From Octopus vulgaris (lineage: Eukaryota), in the NCBI GenBank assembly GCA_951406725.2, contig OX597819.1, positions 92,318,001 to 92,382,000 on the forward strand: a DNA stretch of 64,000 nucleotides. Direction: 5' to 3'. The notes under the pieces are model-generated. The model worked only from the letters and a program-made list of their open reading frames with translations. It had not been told where the DNA came from and did not search any database. The position numbers and the translations under genes are program-made. Shown in pieces: positions 12,000 to 25,030 of the stretch. Positions within the stretch are counted from its first letter, which is position 1, and the number at the start of each line of letters is the position of its first letter.

Positions 12000-13060
12000 A
12001 TATACAAACTATAAGGTGGACAAGGCTTGTACTTAAAGTTCTGATCAGATGGTAATGTGGTTGTCGAAGCCCCCTAAGGTAAATCTGTTTGTATTGTCTA
12101 AGTATTTTCATATTGACATTGTTTCTATTCCCTGCCGCTAAGCAATATAGAAGAATATAGAGTATATGAAGCAATACAGGGAACACAATGAAATGCCAAT
12201 AACATATTTGAATTCTTGAACCATGAATTAGATACGTATTATACACAGCTTAACAATAATTACCGGCTAAGTTGTCGGTTCGTTGGATTATCAATTTAGA
12301 TCGTGTTTTCGTGTCATTTGTCTGAAACATCCCTCATGGATTTTCTTGCAGATTTTAGCAACTTATTGTGGCGTGTTTAAAAAACCTCTATCAACAACTG
12401 TCACTGAATTCGGGTGCAACAAACTATACAGGGTGAGACTGGTACCTTTAATGGACTATAAAGGGAAGGTAACCAAGCATGATGCTACTTATATCTCTTT
12501 GAGCGGATTGATAGTGTTAATACCGCGGATTCTACTTTGACATAGGGAATCAAAAGGCATGCCGTGCTCGTAACACAAACGATCAACCACAACGCCTTGA
12601 AGACTTTCATTTTCCTGGGCGTTCAGGATCAATGTCAAGAAACATTTGTCGCACTCTGGTAAGAGAGTGCGTGTCATACGTGGCCGATTGAATGAAGCAC
12701 TCGTAGCTGTCATGATGACCGGGTTTGCATAGTAGCTCCCAGGTATCATCAAGAACAAGCTCAGCATGTCGAAGGGGAGAAGCTTCGATTTTCCAAGTTG
12801 TCGCAGACAACTGTGTAACGTGAGATGCATAATAACATCAGGCATATACCATACGAGTGGTATGTGTGATGCAGACCTTGAGATGTGAAAAATACACTTA
12901 GATTCTTTGATTTGAACGCTTGGACTACTGCACACGAGGCGTTGTCTGAAGGAAAATAAACACATTTTGCTACGTACATTACTAGATTACAGAGAATAAG
13001 GTTTGTTATTGACAACTCTTACAGATATATTATGTAACCGTTTCGTGAAAGTCTGGAGAT
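12000..13060 (-). pseudogene. Decayed AEP-superfamily primase, herpesvirus UL52/NCLDV-primase-like (putative endogenous viral gene)
   Basis: Across frameshifts: motif I HDSYECF...VRQMFLDID (FLDID 12628-12642), motif II SIKGTSL[T]LY (12426-12449), motif III (D)xAVYNTYLIHGSRI (12211-12249), in the correct order about 55 aa apart; intronless, several stops. Confidence 0.55.
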
Positions 13061-13639
13061 TATAAGCAACGTACATGCAAACACACAAGCATGCACACAA
13101 CCAAACACAGGCATACACACACATACATATACACAGGCATACACACATGCACACACAGACATGTAAACGTGAACACACAGACACGTAGATGTAAGCACAA
13201 ACATATCCATGTTGCTTAGCGCATTCGCGTTAAAAGTTTAGTATATTTAAGTGCTTGAATGCAGGAAGTATATTTTTTTACATAACAAGCCCTGCATCAC
13301 ACATACCACAGTATCTATTGTAAAATCAAAGAGATTGCCGGTAATACCAGTGCCGATGACAATGACAGCAGCAACAACAACAGTAAAGAACAAACTCCAA
13401 ATACCTAAAAGTTAATAAAACAGGAACGAATAAAACACATATGTATTTCAAAGTAGCAAGACCATATTTCAGTGAACGTCAAACAGTGTTCAATGAACAC
13501 TTTGACCAAAACTCACTTTAACTACTTTATATTTTTTCCACTGCAGTTCAAAAGGTTATTTTATTCTTTAAAGTAAAATATAAAAGTGTTGCCATCTGTC
13601 ATTTTACTAAGTCGGCATTTAAAACAAAGCAGCAATAAT

Positions 13640-13858
13640 ATCACTACTACTATTACTACTGCTACTACTACTACCACCACCACGACCACCACGACCACCA
13701 CGACCACCACGACCACCACGACCACCACCACGACCACCACTACGACGACGACGACGTCGACCACCACCACCACCACGACTACCACGACCACCACCACGAC
13801 CACAAACGACGACGACGACCACCACCACTACTAGTACTACTACTACACCACCACCACC

Positions 13859-13916
<58 letters not shown>

Positions 13917-13917
13917 A
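13640..13917. repeat. Compound (ACC/ACG/ACT)n microsatellite
   Basis: Direct reading. Confidence 0.95.
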
Positions 13918-13919
13918 CG

Positions 13920-14085
13920 GGGGCAAATTTTGGCACAAGGTTAGGAATCTCGGGGGAGAGTGTAACTTGAGAGTGTAAGTGTTTAACAACTACTTACTTT
14001 ATCGACCTGGAGAGCATGAAAGGCAAAATCATTCCCGGCGGAATTTGAACACAGAACGTGAAGGCAAGTGAAATTCTGTTAAGCA
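13920..14085 (-). mobile_element. SINE family B, degenerate
   Basis: TTTATCGACC..GAGCATGAAAGGCAAA...CGGCGGAATTTGAACACAGAACGT is the reverse complement of family B. Confidence 0.7.
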
Positions 14086-14099
14086 AAGTCGACCAAAAA

Positions 14100-15060
14100 C
14101 GTATCCTCTTTTTGAAACAAATATTTTCTCATGCTCCTAAACCGGTCCCAAACTACTTGCGCGTGACACAACCACCAAAGTGTCAACGACCGACGCCATT
14201 GAACTCATGAGATTGATCTAAATTTTGCAACGTTATATCAAAAGCTGATCAAACTGTGACCTTCCTTGGTGTTTTGCATAAAGTGGAAATTGTGCTGAAT
14301 AGATCTGCCGGAGAGCGTACAAATGTGTGCGTTCTCACAACGCTATCAGCAACAAGCGCCAGTTTTTTCCTGAGAATAACTGGACTAAAATCTTTAACTC
14401 TGTGCACCACAAACTTACATGCCTAACTCTTTTTATAACCCGCATTTGATTACGTCTTTCGCAACAGCATCACCATTCCTAGGTTTACAGATCCAGGAAT
14501 TCTCCTAGTGTGTTTCCAGTCCTTATGCACTCCAGTCAAGCGAGGGCAAACATTATCACATACTAGCTGTAAAATTTCCAAAGGCGACTATACATTCCTG
14601 GCCACTTACCTCTCGTACAGTTCGGGTACAGCATCCGCTATTTCAAAAGCTGAAATATGAGATTTATTTTCGTTTTACACCACATAATTCGCCATGATTT
14701 GCAGCAGACAGTTGAGCTCGGCTTCGAAACTCATCATCAGCATTTTATCACTCATACCGAACATTTCTCTAATATACTTTATCAATCTTGGAATCAGGTA
14801 TCACAAATCCTCCATGGATCATCAAAGACATTATCATAGCCCTGTTACCACGTGATTTTTATCATTCGTGAATATTGAACAGCTTTCGTGTTCTCATGTT
14901 TTAGAGGACAACTGTTAGTACCAATAATGTTATTCTCATATCGTGCCATTCTAGTTTTCAGAACGTCGTGTGCGATATCATATATAATATCTTCTAAATT
15001 ATTTATTAAGTGCCTCTGCATGAACTTTCTACAGACGCTTTTCTTTTTAATGTACTATAT
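14100..15060 (-). pseudogene. Decayed intronless ORF of unknown function (part of the putative viral block)
   Basis: Hand translation gives long runs with isolated stops, e.g. MQRHLINNLEDIIYDIAHDVLKTRMARY...; EMFGMSDKMLMMSFEAELNCLLQIMANYVV*NENKSHISAFEIADAVPELYER*...VILRKKLALVADSVVRTHTFVRSPADLF. Confidence 0.5.
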
Positions 15061-16469
15061 CTTAACTAGAACTATGTGTTAACTAATTTTAAGAAGACCT
15101 TCTTAAATCACTTTCGACGTTTACAACTGCCTGACATACCTGCTTGATTACTTGCTGCACTCACAGCTGATTAGATTACGGGTTAAGGCAGTTTTAAATT
15201 TATTATCTGAAAGTGTACGGTAAATAAGTTAAGATAAAATGTAATGAACACTACTTTCTTAACTCCTCAATTTTCTGTTAAAAATTAGACAGAAAAATGT
15301 TTTTAAAATGAACAATTTTAAAAAGTGAAAATGAAAAAATAATAACCATCCACTACACACGCTAGATAACAAGTACATGTCTGTTATACAGTAATTACAC
15401 AGCAAGAATTAAAGTAAAACGAACATATTCTTAACCATTTCAAATTTTCTTAATGAATGTTCGAGTGCATTTATACGTTCTTCAATGGCTTTAAGAAGTT
15501 CCTAATGTTGTTTTGTTTCACTGAATTCTGCTCTGCATTGGCCATTTTATTTTAAGCATATGCAGCAGAATGCAAGTTGTTTCATGGACAAGCTTGGATT
15601 CTATTCAAAATAAGAAAGGATCATATCACACAATTGAGCTTTAGACCAAAATAGAATTGCTTAATTTTCATCACCATATCCAACGGAACAAAATTAGTGC
15701 ATCACGATTTTCAGGATTAAATATATTGTCAATAATCTCTTGATTGGAAAATGTTGGGTTAATTCAATATCGTTGTCAATTATAATCCCTTCGTCAATAT
15801 CGTTATCTCTGAGACTATGTTATGGATTTTCTATGGTCGATGCTTGTTCTGGCAGCATTAAGTGTTGTGATCTGCCTAACACTAAACCCATCAAGGCCTT
15901 TATCATTATCATGAATTAAACTGTCAAAGACGCAAATGTGCCAAATATTCGGCATTCTCCCGAAACAGCGACATGTTTAACAGAAGTACATGAAATTACC
16001 GATAAACAGAGCCCATCATTAATTATAAATTGGTGTTGCAAACTGAGTAGAATCTTCGCTATTAATTAATTATTTCATAAAATTATTTCTATGGTGACAT
16101 TTAAAATTAGTTTTATGAGAGAAGTAATGTAGGGTGGTATTTCCACAATCTGGAACTAATTTCTATTAAAAGTTACCCAGGAATAAAGTTTATATAGTGT
16201 GTAAATGTTTAATGTCTTGCAAATTGAGACGAACTGCTGCACGAAATCAGTAAATTATTTTGAAAGATGTTCTTTATTCAAACCTGCAATTCTGGACCTT
16301 ATAAAAAACCGGCAAATGCTCAAACCTGTAGTACTATGGAACTATCTAATTCTTAAATGCTATAGGCAGTGTGGACCAGATGTCTATATATGAGAGAAAG
16401 AAAAAGTAATTGTTCTAATACTTGACAAAATTAGCCTATGTAATGTTAAATATGTGAATACTTTTATTC

Positions 16470-16900
16470 GTCAACATTTCTATGTTCATGAATTTTGGTA
16501 TTGAGCAAAGAAATACGATCTCGAATACAAACTGCTGAGATAGGGTTCCTCCGAAGTGTAATTGGATTAACGTTATTAGATAGAGTCTGCAACTTGGAGA
16601 TCAGAGAGGTACTTCTCCGTATTGAGAGATCACATCTCCGAGAATGCTGACATGGGAGAAAAATGTCCGGGGAAAGAATCGCTGAACAGGTTTTATGGGC
16701 AAAAATCAAGCGGCAGTAAACGCTGGAGAGGACCACGAGCAAGCCGATTGAATAACATCCATGAACTCGGCTGGTTTCGCATGGATTTCAACCGAGTCAT
16801 CTGGCGATGGTTGCTTCCGACAGTTTCCGATGGAAAGCATGTTTGAGGTCTCGGTCCCTATGACCCTCCCAGAATTATGCGGGCGAAGAAGATAAGACGA
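16470..16900 (+). mobile_element. RTE-clade LINE 3' fragment
   Basis: RSRIQTAEIGFLRSVIGLTLLDRVCNLEIREVL...IERSHLR...KR.RG, typical of the RTE ORF C-terminus. Confidence 0.75.
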
Positions 16901-18314
16901 CAGATAAACGTTCCTAGTAAAGACTAGTTTCATCAGAATTTTATGAAATCATGTTTTTTACAAATTCATCAATTGATATAGCCGTTTCTGTACCAGTTGG
17001 TTGTTTTTGACAGAAACCTCCTGTTTATTTCATTCCATAACCTCTTAAATCTATTGCTCCAGTCATCCGAGAAAATAACAGATTTCAAATCTATTTACTA
17101 TTAAAAAGTATTTAGCGTTGGCTAAAATCAAGTCGATATATTTATTTTCCATGATTGCTTCAATTATAACGTTTTGCTTCATATTTTATTTACGCACATT
17201 TTCATCTATATTTTCTGATTTTCCATTTTATTGCTGGGCTTAAAGTATACTGTAATATCTAGACGCTTTTGTTTGAGTTCTTAGTGGGGTAATCCGGTGT
17301 TATATTCTCTCACAAGAATATCTACTGATGCCTCGTTCTATTTTCATGAAGGTATCTAATTCATCAACATATTTTAATGCTGGTTCACTTTGTTTCTTCC
17401 CACAGACTTGAGTCAGTCCTATAGGCTAGCTAACGAACAAAAAATATTTAAAATACAGCTGTAAGCGTTTAACATTACATACAACAGCAAGCGTTCGTAA
17501 AGGAACCGGTCGTTGTCAACAGTTAACTGTACAACCATTTTCAAAAGAACTGTTATCTTGCGTTTTTCTTTATTTCATATGGTTTTATATCCAATTCATA
17601 GAAAATCTTTAACAAATGCATTCATTGTAGCTTCTCTTAAATGAATCACCTATAAAACAAAATCGATTGGTGCTTATTAAATGAAGATTCGTTTGTCTAA
17701 AAGGAAAGCTTGGATTGCCAATTAGAATAATATTGGTTGGCAATTTGCGGGATTCTGAAATATATGTTTTGTTTATGATTTTACTTGAAATTTGTGGATT
17801 AAATTTATTTCAGGGGCTGAAAACTATCGGCGGAAATGAATTTCATATATGAAAGGAAAAAGATGCAGATATTATATTCTGATCAAGGCTGATGTGAAAC
17901 TTCATAGATAAATGATGCCTGTAAATTTGGAACTTGTTCTACAACTCAAATTTGCGATCGGATTAATGAAATTTGTAAAATTACAGATCAATTCTGTCAA
18001 ATTCCACATCGACTGTAGCAGAGTATCATCGACAGCAGCAACTTAACGATTGGAAATGGATATCATTAATTTGTTAACTCCAAACCAGAACTTCCCATTA
18101 TCAGCTCATACCTGGGTTGTCTAAAGATATTTCACTCGAACATTTAACGGAATTGTGGTATTATCATTCACTGTCAAATCTAGAAAAAACCAGCTATAGT
18201 TAATTTAACTTTCTAGTCTGGATTCTATTTATATTGAGAAAGATTTCGTAAGGATGTCATTTTCGAACTTGCAAAACTAATTAATGGCTGGTTTCAAGTG
18301 TTAGTCTGGCGCGA

Positions 18315-19587
18315 CTGGGTCATCCCATAAATAATGCGGTTCTTTTATACTCCTTTTATTTTTCAAAATTAAGATAAACAAAGTTGTTTTTTAATCTAAA
18401 ATGTACTCTTCTTCATTTTCTACATTGCTCTTTCATCAGTCTTGTAGACTTGCAAGGTGCCTCTTCCAAAATGCACTTGTTCGTCACGAAAAATACTGTT
18501 TTCTTGTAGTGTTCTGACGTCGTCTACAAAATTCATACTTTTACAGTCCAAATGATTTTGAAGAAGACAGAATAATTGATAACCAGATGGGGCAACTTTC
18601 AGTGAATATGGTGGGTGGGGTATCATTTCCCATTCGAATTGCTCCAACCTTTGGAATGTCATCCTCGCTGTATGTTGTCGAGCATTATCCTGATAGAAGA
18701 ACACCTTTCGTCTTGAAACCAAAGATGCTACCTTTTCTTCTGGCGCTGACGCAAGTCGCTCAAACCGCTCGCAGAAGATCTCCTTTCTTATTGTTGGGTT
18801 TAGGGTTCAAAAGTTCAAAGTAGACTAAGCCTTTCATATCCCACCAAATGATAACAATACTTTACGTGTGTGAAGATATTTAGCCTGGGGGGGCCGGTTT
18901 GTCTCCTTTCCTTACCTACTGTTTTGGGCGTTTGAAATTTTTGTAGAAAACCCATTTCTCGACATCAGTCACTATTCGGTCCAAAAAAGTTCATTCGGGA
19001 GACGTGACAGCAAAGAAGAGCACACATTCACTCTCTGCGCGCAAAGTTTGTGACGAACCCATTGACTCAATTTGGTGATTTATCCGATAGCGCGCAGGTG
19101 TCGATGAATGGTTGAATGACCAAATCCAAACTCCTCTACTAGTTCCTTAACAGTTACGATGGGATTTTGCTCGTCCAGGGTTTGCAGGACACGCTCGTCG
19201 AGCTAGATCTTCCAGGATGAGGCTTGTCTACTAGAATGTAGTTTCCGGCTCGGAATTTCTGGAACCACCGTTGATACTGGCTTACGTTTATTATCCGATA
19301 CTCATATACTGCATTAATATTCCTAGCACTTTCCGCTGTGTTGTTGCCTTTATTGAACTTATAAAGCAAAATATGCCGAATATGATCCTTTATCACTTCC
19401 GTTATAGCTTTGAAAAAATAACCGTTAAAATCGAGCTGCACATTTCAAAACTTGCACTAAGAAGTACAAGGTAAAATTACTACCTGCTTTTATAGCAATT
19501 TGATGCAGGTAGTTTATCCTGCGCCCCCTCTGACTTCAAGTTCATGCAATTGAAAAAAGAACCCGCATTATTTCTGGGTTGATCCAG
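18315..19587 (-). mobile_element. mariner (DD34D-type) transposon, full length, decayed
   Basis: TIRs CTGGGTCATCCCATAAATAATGCGG / CCGCATTATTTCTGGGTTGATCCAG; HIRHILLY.F.KG...RWFQKFRAG, IVTD.EKW, QDNAR.H, HPPYS..VAPS.Y. Confidence 0.93.
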
Positions 19588-21527
19588 TATACAACGAAGT
19601 AAGTATATGATACTGTCAAGTGCACGTTTCGTGATCATTTACGAAATAGCATGCATTGTGTTGTCAGGATCATCACGATTGTTTGATTATTTTCCGCAAA
19701 TACTTCCTTCCTGAAATTAAGTTGTCAGAAGTGCTATCGTGAATATAGAATACATTTTCCTCATTTGAGGATCGTGAGGAAGCCGAGGTTAACGTTGTAT
19801 CTAGTAAACATGGAATAATTAAATGAAGTTTTTGGATCTCCTTCAATTCTCACAGAACGAAAAGTACAATCCTTTACTTTGATTCTCATTCCATAAATAA
19901 GGAAATCCTCCTATTCGAAGGAGAAATATCCACTTCCAAGATCATTGATTTCATCGATAATGAAGACAATAGGTACAGTTATTTCATGCAATTCCTCAAC
20001 AAATGTATCTTCGAATCTGATGTAATGTTATTAATATATCGAAATAATCCTAACATGCTTTGTAATGTCACAGAATGCGAATAACTTATTTATTTGGACG
20101 CCTGTTCGAAGACATTACAACAGAGGGTGGACGTCCTGGAAAACATCATTGTGGTATGAATTAGACTGAGACATTCTGAAACTACTCTACCATCAACTCT
20201 TACACGATTGTAGCATTCAGTTCCAGTGATGTTTATTCTCACAATGACAGGCAATAACTCTAAACACCAATAATCGAGTAAAGTGTGTCTATTCTGGCCC
20301 AACCGATCTATTTGTGCATTATATATTCTTCTGCAGCTATTGTCACCAACATTGCGTACACCGAAGTTTTCTATCGCTGAAACTTTTTTTTACCTTTTAT
20401 ATAAATTAATTCAGGAATAGTGTGTACATATAAATATATTACCTCAGATATTTATAAAAATACAAGTGCATAGATACATTCGTTTTAGTAGTTTAAAAAA
20501 TATTTTTAATACTATTTCTTCATTTATCATCATCGTCAATAATGACAGCTATTTCCGAACACAGATGTGTCTGTAATAGCTTCTGCTGTAATTAACTAGT
20601 AAACTACCGTAAAAGTCTTTCTAAGGCCAGGCTATAAAAATATATATTTACTACTCGTCCATACAAGGATTCACGTACCAACTGGCGCAGTAAAGAGCGT
20701 TTATCAAACTCTCCAAATTCACACGATTTGAAAACCGTTCCCTTACCTTCACATTTCCTTTAGACGACAACCTACAGATGTCCAAGCTGGCCCTCGACCA
20801 CATTGACCTCACTATTTAGAGAATCAGATTAAATATTGCAGTAGCCGAACCACCACTCTTGACTGAATATTTAATTTCACACACACGCGAGCGCTCGCAC
20901 GCACGCAAACATATTCGCAAATAGTACCGTTAATTCAAGTTATATGTAAGTAAGCAGACAGTTATCGACATATGCGTACAAACACACTTCTTGCCAAGTC
21001 TACATGCAACAGTAATCATTAAAGAAAAATTGTACATGTATGAAGCTCTTCTATCACGTTTTCTCAGTGGAACTACAAATGCCCACTCATATGCATTAAT
21101 ACATACACAAACATACCACACAAAAGGCATACTTATCCCGTTTCATACGTCTTCATTTTCTCTTCCTTCTTAACAGAATAGCGCAATTCATTTGCTGTAG
21201 ACATATTTCTCTCTAAATTATTGACACTGTTCACATCTTGTCAATATTGTTGAACAATTAATCAAAAGCTTGGTGCCGTTAAGTTCGAGATCGGTAATAG
21301 TTATGCGTATATTTTTGTGCTAGCTGCAAATCGATTTGTTGCTTAGCTGATTCAAGCTTAAGCCCTTATAGATATGGGAAAGTGATTGCAATTTATAACT
21401 TTTGTCTGCGTCAGAATTGAACAAAGAGAAGCAATATTGCTTAATGTATTTTACATTTTGTATTTAGTTTCATTATTCTATTTTTTTTTTTGCTTTGTTT
21501 TGTATTTATTTGAAAAAGAGTAACATC

Positions 21528-22455
21528 ATGAAATTAATCGATACGGTTTTGGTGTACTTTTGGATATTGACAAAGACTTGAAGAAATATTAGATTTTGAC
21601 AGAAACCAAACTAAAACGATAAAGTACATCCGATCTTGAAGATAGAAAAGGGGAAAACAAAGCAGAGAGAGAAGAGAAAAGGAATTAATATGGTGCGTAA
21701 ATTTGATCCTATTACGCGGTAGCAATCGAAAGCAACTTACTTTATTTGTGCTTTGATATCTGCCCATGTTAATCCCGATAGCTCGGTACAAAACTATGAT
21801 AGGAAAACCAATATCTGCTATTACAAAGCTGCATGCAAAGGCATTATTTCTATTCAATATAATTATAATCTTACATGTGAGTAACTTTAAATATCCGTTT
21901 GTTTCATTCCACTTAATTTCAATTGAGACATTAAGCTGCATGACTTTCCCTCTGAAGAGATAAAAAAAAAACAAAAAACGACAACGTGCAGTAATGAAGC
22001 CGGCAACCGAATAGAAATATCGTATTGACATAAGTGTGAATAGTAAGAATCGTTGTTGTTTCGCCTTGAATTCGTTGGTCAACACTTTCAAATGTTTACA
22101 AGTCACATCGGCGAACACAACAAAATCAATTAGGCAACGCTTGTTTTGTTTATATCAAAGAACGAACGGAATTAATATTTTCACAGAGAAAAACCATGAA
22201 ATGAAAGGGAATGCGATTCAGTTCAAAGTGTCGGCTAAGCTTAGATTCGTCCATAAAATAACTGTAACAGAGTTGATTAACAAAGAAGGATGTTTACTGA
22301 TGCTAACATATCCAATGTGATGTGTAGCTTGAAGTAATCAGGAATTATCTTCATTGCATTTAATTGTAGGAGCGTTTGTAGATAAGCTACTGGGCGCAGC
22401 TGCAGTAGGATGCTACTTTATATATTGTTAGTTATTAAGTGAATATAAATCGTAA
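21528..22455 (+). pseudogene. Possible decayed membrane glycoprotein ORF
   Basis: MKLIDTVLVYFWIL (signal-like), REKR, Cys-rich middle, hydrophobic LHLIVGAFVDKLLGAAAVGCYFIYC in a shifted frame near the end; many stops. Confidence 0.25.
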
Positions 22456-23846
22456 ATTAAGGTTTATAAATTCTCAAAAGTGATATGTTATGATTAAGGA
22501 AAATGCACTTAATTTCTGATAATGCAGTGAAGCTAGAAAGAAAATAATAATAGTTGAATAGAAGTGATTTTATTAATAGGAAATTCAGAGTAATTAGATA
22601 ACTTAAAAGACAAGATGTAATCCCTTAAATCGAAAAATATACAATAATGGCGATTTTTCAATTTTTGTAAATCTAGACTTTTAACCATTCATAACGATCA
22701 ATCATTTCTCTTATATTTAATAACTGATATTAGTAATATATGTTTGGTTTATGTGCATCCAAAATTTACATTACAATGCTTATAGCAATGGAATTTGTAA
22801 TAGTATATAAAATAACAGTTTTCAAGTCCAAGCTTCAATAAAAACGATGCTGATATTCTGATTTTTAAGCGTGAACCGGGTGGAATGTTAGTGTATCGTT
22901 GATATCTTGTATGACAGACGGACTTGAAAAAATTATTTGTTACATCTATAGAGATGATGTTGCTTTAAGCGGTGTATTATAAAACTTATAAATACTTACT
23001 TAAATACAAGTTCCTTTTATAAAAGTTCATTGTCTTTGTTATAGGGACAATGCACTGTTAGTAACAATATGCGCATTGATTCTACGGTAACCCATTGTCT
23101 CAGTAATCGTGAATATTAATCAACCCGTAGCTGAATATAATTCTTGGTATAAGAATTTCATACGTTGAATAGAGAATAAGTTAATTAAAATTTTCCAACA
23201 GCAGTTGAGGTGATACATTAAGTTTTTGAATCTGATCTCTTAGGCGGTGGCCGTTGTGTTTGTTTATGTTTTGTGTTTGTGTTAGTATTGCATATACTAT
23301 CGCAAATTTCGTTACCAACACATTAACCAAAGCTATTTCGCAGCTGAAACTTAGATATTTCAATTTTTTGTATTTTCGTTGGGAGCAAAAATACGAAGTT
23401 TGGAATTTTGCATTATATCAGTTATACAGAAAGTTAAATCGACTTGGCGACAGGATCGCTTGAGCGTCAAACAATTCCTATAGACATGTCTTCTAATTCT
23501 TTATATTCTGATTTTGAATCACCAAAGTAAACATTGCCGTTAATCCCTCCAGGATCGATAAAACAAAGTGCAAGTATAGCAGTGGGTTCAATGTTATTGA
23601 ATTGACCCCTCCCCTTAAAAATGCTAGCTTTTTTTAAAAGTTTAAGTAAAATTAATGAAGCAAGTTTCTTTAACTTTTAAACAAGACGACGTCTTCAAAA
23701 ATTAGATTGTTTTGGTTAAATATTTCATTTATAACTGGAGCCACTGTGTCCAAATGGTTGTAAATGAATTGAAACATATAGGTATCGTAAACAAAGTCGT
23801 TCTCTGCATCAAAGAATTGGAAACAGATTTTGATTCACGTTATATA

Positions 23847-24251
23847 CTCTTTTACTCTTTTATTTGTTTTAGTCATTTGACTGCGGCCATGCTGGAGCAC
23901 CGCCTTTAGTCGAGCAAATCGACCCCGGGACTTATTCTTTGTAAGCCCAGTACTTATTCTATCGGTCTCTTTTGCCGAACCGCTAAGTGGCGGGGACGTA
24001 AACACACCAGCATCGGTTGTCAAGCAATGCTAGGGGGACACAGACACACAAACATATACATACACACTTATATATATATACATATATACGACAGGATTCT
24101 TTCAGTTTCCGTCTACCAAATCCACTCACAAGGCATTGGTCGGCCCGGGGCTATAGCAGAAGACACTTGCCCAAGATGCCACGTAGTGGGACTGAACCCG
24201 GAACCATGTGGTTGGTTAGCAAGCTACTTACCACAGAGCCACTCCTACGCC
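23847..24251 (-). mobile_element. SINE family A, full length
   Basis: Complete unit from tail (ACTCTTTTACTC) to tRNA-like head (CACTCCTACGCC). Confidence 0.9.
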
Positions 24252-24399
24252 TACTAAAAACGAAATGTCCAAAAACCATACCTCGGGTACTCTCACATGC
24301 AACGAATATACAGTAAATTAAAAATTGACTAATTTCTACTGATAATATGCGGAATTGTAGCTTTCCTTGTGTAATAACGTTTTGATTTCATAGAAAGCA

Positions 24400-25030
24400 T
24401 TTAAAGGTTTATATATCTGCACTTATGATAGTTAGCTGTGTAACTGACCAAAGTATTCTCATGGAATACATAGTCCCCATTGTGGTCCATCCAATTCTTC
24501 GCACCGGTGTTGCAATTTTTGGATCCCAGTAGTGAAGAAGCTTTTATCTTGTTGCTCAAGAAAGTGATCAACGGGAGATAGGACTTCATCATCACTGCGA
24601 TACTGGTTCACAGACAAGTGTTTTCTTTTAAGTTGGGGAACAGCTGATAGTCAAATTGGGCCAAATGGGGAGAATAGGAAGAGTGGTCAACCGGTTCAAA
24701 GCCACACTCACGGACAGGTAGCCATTGAAAGCAAGGACGGGTGTGGTGGAGCATTTTCCTGATGAAACAAGACCACTTTCGTCAGGTTTCTTGGGAGTTT
24801 GCAGTTAATAGCTTTTCGTAACTGCCTCAGGAATTTGGCATCGTAACATTGATGGTGTGGCCCTTTTGAAGTTAGCCAATAAACACGATGCCTTTTGCAT
24901 ACTAAAATACTGAGGCATTCACCTTCCCTGTAGATGAAACGACCATAGTCTTCTTTGATTCGGGTGACGCGAAGTGGTTCCACTGCATAAATTTGAATTA
25001 CCTCCTTGTCTCTGGTTCAAAGTGATGAAG
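24400..25030 (-). mobile_element. mariner transposase fragment
   Basis: LRQLRKAI..K.P..LTKVVLFHQENAPPH; HSSYSPHLAQFDYQLFPNLK (HPPYSPDLAPSDY-like); WLHHFEP. Confidence 0.8.

Larger units (their letters stand above)
15410..20390 (-). pseudogene. Large decayed intronless ORF(s), interrupted by RTE and mariner insertions (putative viral block)
   Basis: E.g. HYIRFEDTFVEELHEITVPIVFIIDEINDLGSGYFSFE*EDFLIYGMRIKVKDC...; RALDSIIYLLRCI|APD*HLKPAIN (in frame across the mariner); ...ELLKAIEERINALEHSLRKFEMVKNMFVLL*. Confidence 0.5.

Noticed and set aside
12566-12660. CDKCFLTLILNAQENESLQGVVVDRLCYEH in ORF 12489-12965 resembles the herpesvirus UL28 terminase zinc motif (CX2CX22CXH)
   Set aside because: The CxxC half overlaps, in another frame, the RQMFLDID primase motif, which is backed by motifs II and III in order. 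The last spacing is CX2H rather than CXH. Kept only as an alternative reading for HHpred to settle.
21534-22118. 194-aa minus-strand ORF
   Set aside because: No recognisable motif; probably the antisense shadow of a decayed plus-strand frame
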